Assembly (NCBI GenBank): GCA_036260395.1
Contig: DASZZY010000011.1
Span: forward strand, 1-50,146
Reading direction: 5' to 3'
DNA from: Actinomycetota bacterium
GTDB lineage: Bacteria; Actinomycetota; UBA4738; CALAEC01
Length of the DNA: 50,146 nt
The notes under the pieces were generated by a model. It had not been told where the DNA came from. It saw nothing but the letters and a program-made list of their open reading frames with translations, and searched no databases. Both the position numbers and the translations under genes were made by a program. The first letter of the stretch is position 1; each line of letters starts with the position of its first letter. Below are positions 46,686 through 50,146 of this stretch, one piece after another.

Positions 46686-48449
46686 ATGCGCGTGGAGACG
46701 ACCCTGGAGAAGAGCGAGGTCCGCGACGGCATGCGGATCCATTGGGATGCGCCCATCGAGATGGACGACGGGGTCGTGCTGCGAGCCGACGTCTTCCGAC
46801 CGGACGACGACGGGCGCTACCCGGTCGTGATGACCCACGGGCCGTACGCGAAGGGCCTTCCCTTCCAGAAGGGGTTCGCCTTCATGTGGGAGCGCCTGGA
46901 GCGCGACCACCCCGACGCGCTGGCCGGCTCCTCGAACAAGTACCAGAACTGGGAGACGGTCGACCCGGAGAAGTGGGTGCCGGACGGGTACGCCATCGTC
47001 CGCGTCGACTCCCGGGGGGCCGGCCGCTCACCGGGGTTCCTCGACGTCTGGTCGCCGAGGGAGACGCGCGACTTCGCCGCCTGCATCGAGTGGGCGGGGA
47101 CCCAAGCCTGGAGTAACGGCAAGGTCGGGCTACTGGGCGTCTCGTACTACGCGATCAACCAGTGGCAGGTGTCGGGGCTCCACCCGGAGCACCTGGCGGC
47201 CATCTGCCCCTGGGAGGGCGCCAGCGACCACTACCGGGAGCTGGCCCGGCACGGCGGGATCCTGATGTCGTTCATCAGCCACTGGTACCCCGCCCAGGTC
47301 AAGGCGGTCCAGCACGGCGTCGGGGACCGCGGGGCGGTCAATCCCAACACCGGAGAGCCGGCCGCCGGCCCGGAGACGTTGCCGGACGAAGAGCTCGAGT
47401 CGAACCGGGCCGACGCGGTGGAGGCGCTTCACGAGCATCCGTTCGACGACGACTACCACCGGGCGCGCTCCGCGGACATCTCCAGGATCGAGGTGCCGCT
47501 CCTTTCGGCAACGAACTGGGCGCACGCCCTGCACACCCGGGGGAACTTCGAGGCGTACACGCGGGCGCCGTCGCGCCAGAAGTGGCTGGAGGTCCACGGG
47601 CTGGAGCACTGGTCGCTCTTCTACAGCGACTACGGGGTCGACCTCCAGAAGCGGTTCTTCGGGCACTTCCTGAGGGGAGAGGACACCGGGTGGGACCGCC
47701 AGCCGCCCGTGTTCCTCAACCTGCGCAAGGTCGACGGCACGTTCGTCCAGCGCGCGGAACAGGAGTGGCCGCTGGCCCGGACCGAGTGGACGAAGCTGTA
47801 CCTGGACACCGAGGCGCTCCGCCTGAGCCGGGAGCCCACCCCCCGGGCGGCCACCGCCGCCTTCGAGGCCCTGGGCGAGGGCCTCACGTTCCTCACCGAG
47901 CCGCTGGAGCGGGAGACCGAGATCACCGGGCCCGCCATGGCCAAGCTCTTCGTGGCGTCCTCCACCAGCGATGCGGACATCTTCCTGGTGCTGCGGGTGC
48001 TCGACCCGGAGGGGGAGGACGTGAAGTTCATCAGCGGCATCGACCCCCAGGGCGTCGTGACGAACGGGTGGCTGCGAGCGTCTCACCGGAAGCTCGATCC
48101 GGAGAAGAGCCTCCCGTACCGCCCGTGGCACACCCACGACGAGCGCTGGCCGCTGACCCCAGGGGAGACGGTGGAAGTCGACGTGGAGATCTGGCCGACG
48201 TCGGTGATCGTCCCGGCCGGATACCGCATCGGACTGACCATCCTGGGGCGGGACTTCGAGTGGGCCGGCGACGGCCCGTGGCCCGAGTTCTACCCCGGCG
48301 TGCCGATGAAGGGCAACGGGGTCTTCGTCCACAAGGACCCGCGGGACCGGCCGCCCGAGGTGTACGGGGGGGTCACCACGGTGCTGTCGGGTGGTGACCA
48401 GGAGGCGTACCTGCTCCTGCCTGTCATCCCCGAGACGGGGAAAGAATGA
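46686..48449 (+). CDS. CocE/NonD-family hydrolase (S15 X-Pro dipeptidyl-peptidase fold)
   Basis: 587 aa with the nucleophile elbow GLLGVSYYA and a family-typical N-terminus (DGVVLRADVFRPDDDGRYPVVMTHGPY). GTG 46692 has better spacing to the RBS than ATG 46686. Confidence 0.85.
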   Translation: MRVETTLEKSEVRDGMRIHWDAPIEMDDGVVLRADVFRPDDDGRYPVVMTHGPYAKGLPFQKGFAFMWERLERDHPDALAGSSNKYQNWETVDPEKWVPDGYAIVRVDSRGAGRSPGFLDVWSPRETRDFAACIEWAGTQAWSNGKVGLLGVSYYAINQWQVSGLHPEHLAAICPWEGASDHYRELARHGGILMSFISHWYPAQVKAVQHGVGDRGAVNPNTGEPAAGPETLPDEELESNRADAVEALHEHPFDDDYHRARSADISRIEVPLLSATNWAHALHTRGNFEAYTRAPSRQKWLEVHGLEHWSLFYSDYGVDLQKRFFGHFLRGEDTGWDRQPPVFLNLRKVDGTFVQRAEQEWPLARTEWTKLYLDTEALRLSREPTPRAATAAFEALGEGLTFLTEPLERETEITGPAMAKLFVASSTSDADIFLVLRVLDPEGEDVKFISGIDPQGVVTNGWLRASHRKLDPEKSLPYRPWHTHDERWPLTPGETVEVDVEIWPTSVIVPAGYRIGLTILGRDFEWAGDGPWPEFYPGVPMKGNGVFVHKDPRDRPPEVYGGVTTVLSGGDQEAYLLLPVIPETGKE

Positions 48450-48554
48450 GCGGAGAGCAGCGAGAGGGGGACCGCATGCGGACCTGAGGCCGCACCCCCA
48501 GACGACCGGAGCGGCGGGCGAGGTGACCCGCCGGCCCGCGGAGGAGGCGAGACG

Positions 48555-50039
48555 ATGGAAGAGCGCAAAGTGTGGAAGGCGATCATCGGAGGCACCGCCC
48601 GGGACGGCTCGACCGGGGAGACCTTCCCGGTGCACGAGCCGGCAACCGGCGACATCCTGGCCGAGGTCGTGACGTGCGACGAGAGCGACGTCGACGTCGC
48701 GGTGGCCACCGCACGGCGGGCCTACGACGAGGACTGGCGGTGGCGGGCGCCCAGGGAGCGTGGGCAGCTGCTCCTCCAGGTCGCCCGGGTCCTGGAGGAG
48801 CACGCGGACGAGCTGGCGGAGCTCGAGACGCGGGAGATGGGCAAGCCGCTCGAGCAGTCCCGCCAGTTCGACGTCCGCTTCGCGTACGGGGTGTCCGAGT
48901 ACTTCGGGGGGCTGGCCGACAAGCTCGTGGGCGACTTCATCCCCCAGGGCCCGGTCGGCGTGTACACGGTGCCCGAGCCATTCGGCGTCGTCGGCGCCGT
49001 GATCCCGTTCAACTGGCCGCCCATCCACGTCTGCGGGAAGACCGCGCCCGCGCTGGCGGCCGGCAACACCATCGTCATCAAGCCGGCGGAGCAGGCCCCG
49101 CTGACGGCGATCCGGGTGGCCGAGCTGATGAACGAGGTGCTGCCGCCGGGCGTGGTCAACGTGGTCCCCGGGTTCGGGCCCGTGGGCGCCGCGCTGGTGG
49201 GCCACCCCGGCCTCGGGAAGATCTCGTTCACCGGGTCGACGGCAACCGGACGAGCCGTGATGCGGGCGGCCTCGGACAACCTGACCCCCACCATCCTGGA
49301 GCTCGGGGGGAAGAATCCGCTGATCGTGTTCGCCGACGCCGACCTGGAGCTCGCGGTCAAGGGTGCCGTCGAGGGCATGTACTTCAACCAGGGAGAAGCC
49401 TGCACGGCGTCCTCGCGGATCCTGCTGCACGAGAGCATCAAGGACCGGTTCATGGAGCGGTTCTGTCCGGCGGTCGAGCGGCTGGTCGTCGGCGACGGGA
49501 TGGCCGAAGGGACCCAGGTCGGTCCGATGGTCACGGAGCAGCAGCAGCAGCGGGTCCTCAACTACATACGGATCGGCGAGGAAGAGGGCGCGAAGATCGT
49601 GGCCCGCGGGAAGCTCCCGGATGACCCCAGACTGAAGAACGGTTACTTCGTCCCGCCGATCGTGTTCGACGACGTGAAGAACTCGATGCGGATCGCGCAG
49701 GAGGAGATCTTCGGGCCGGTGGTCACGGTCATGTCGTTCCAGGACTACGACGAGGCGATCCAGATGGCCAACGAGACGGAGTTCGGGCTGGTGGCCGCCG
49801 TCTACACCGGAGACATCGCGCTGGCCAACCGGGCGGCCCGCCAGATCGACGCCGGCATCGTGTTCATCAACAACTACAACCGCGCGTTCCTCGGGTCGCC
49901 GTTCGGCGGCATGAAGGGAAGCGGGAACGGGAGGGAGCACGGGCTGGAGACGATCCGGGAGTTCGTGACGACCAAGGCCGTCCGCATGCCTTCCGGGCTG
50001 GGGGAGATCCCCGTCTGGAGCGGCGCCCGGGACGTGTAG
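48555..50039 (+). CDS. NAD(P)-dependent aldehyde dehydrogenase (second copy)
   Basis: 494 aa with ELGGKNPLIVF, GEACTASSR and EEIFGPV. GGAGGAGG lies upstream of the ATG. The last ~32 codons lie inside the terminal inverted repeat. Confidence 0.9.
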   Translation: MEERKVWKAIIGGTARDGSTGETFPVHEPATGDILAEVVTCDESDVDVAVATARRAYDEDWRWRAPRERGQLLLQVARVLEEHADELAELETREMGKPLEQSRQFDVRFAYGVSEYFGGLADKLVGDFIPQGPVGVYTVPEPFGVVGAVIPFNWPPIHVCGKTAPALAAGNTIVIKPAEQAPLTAIRVAELMNEVLPPGVVNVVPGFGPVGAALVGHPGLGKISFTGSTATGRAVMRAASDNLTPTILELGGKNPLIVFADADLELAVKGAVEGMYFNQGEACTASSRILLHESIKDRFMERFCPAVERLVVGDGMAEGTQVGPMVTEQQQQRVLNYIRIGEEEGAKIVARGKLPDDPRLKNGYFVPPIVFDDVKNSMRIAQEEIFGPVVTVMSFQDYDEAIQMANETEFGLVAAVYTGDIALANRAARQIDAGIVFINNYNRAFLGSPFGGMKGSGNGREHGLETIREFVTTKAVRMPSGLGEIPVWSGARDV

Positions 50040-50146
50040 CGGACGACGGGAGTCCCGGGCGCCGCTCCAGACGGGGATCTCCCCCAGCCCGGAAGGCATG
50101 CGGACGGCCTTGGTCGTCACGAACTCCCGGATCGTCTCCAGCCCGT
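49939..50146. repeat. Perfect inverted repeat (arms 49939..50033 and 50052..50146, 18-nt loop) reaching the window end
   Basis: Base-by-base comparison shows 50052..50146 is the exact reverse complement of 49939..50033. The left arm is the 3' end of the ALDH gene, and the loop contains its TAG stop. Confidence 0.9.

Noticed and set aside
47130-50120. A 996-aa minus-strand ORF starting MTTKAVRMPSGLGEIPVWSGARD.
   Set aside because: Its first 24 residues are just the inverted copy of the ALDH C-terminus. The remainder is antisense to the CocE/NonD and ALDH genes and is low-complexity.
49939-50146. The terminal palindrome as a hairpin telomere of a linear replicon or as a mobile-element terminal inverted repeat.
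   Set aside because: The arm is plain ALDH coding sequence with the stop codon in the loop. There is no telomere resolvase or transposase nearby and no flanking unique sequence. An assembly fold-back is more likely, though it is still reported as a finding because it needs read-level checking.
1-50146. Defence systems, prophage, integrative elements, toxin-antitoxin pairs and biosynthetic clusters.
   Set aside because: I saw no reverse transcriptase, Cas, restriction/modification, integrase, transposase, phage structural, PKS/NRPS or typical TA motifs in any credible ORF. The class III cyclase has a GAF sensor and no CBASS-like effector neighbour.

Overview
This is a very GC-rich, GC3-biased chromosomal segment of Actinomycetota type. 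GC content was judged by eye, not computed. I can support about 50 protein-coding genes. I found no rRNA, tRNA, CRISPR array, integrase or transposase.

Positions 1-24.1 kb hold a conserved housekeeping block, mostly on the minus strand: deoC; era-cdd-CNNM/CBS-ybeY-phoH; HIT; rsmE-dnaJ-hrcA (with a CIRCE operator)-hemW-lepA; rpsT; holA-comEC-comEA; and leuS. Many junctions are 1-4 nt start/stop overlaps (GTGA, ATGA). A secreted M23-peptidase/RTX-repeat fusion protein sits between rsmE and HIT.

Positions 24-31 kb are a mixed accessory stretch. It carries a Na/Pi-like membrane protein, an orphan RsbW-like ATPase fused to a Cys-containing C-terminal domain, and a 68-aa ORF with a strong RBS. It also carries a secreted S1 protease, a small zinc-ribbon ORF, glf, a GAF/class III cyclase and osmC.

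Positions 31.4-50 kb look like an accessory catabolic island:
- an XRE-cupin regulator and a decayed amidohydrolase pseudogene
- a HIBADH-like reductase and an EamA exporter
- a PrpD-ALDH-nitrilase operon
- an E1alpha/E1beta pair with no E2/E3 in the window, and a CMD/AhpD-like protein
- a NitT/TauT-type ABC importer
- an M24 creatinase-like hydrolase, a CocE/NonD hydrolase and a second ALDH

I do not recognise this gene combination as a characterised pathway. It is the best candidate here for something undescribed, but no substrate can be inferred from sequence alone.

The window ends in a perfect inverted repeat of at least 95 bp that duplicates the 3' end of the last gene. This is most likely an assembly fold-back and should be checked.

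All product calls rest on motif recognition by eye. No database search was run.
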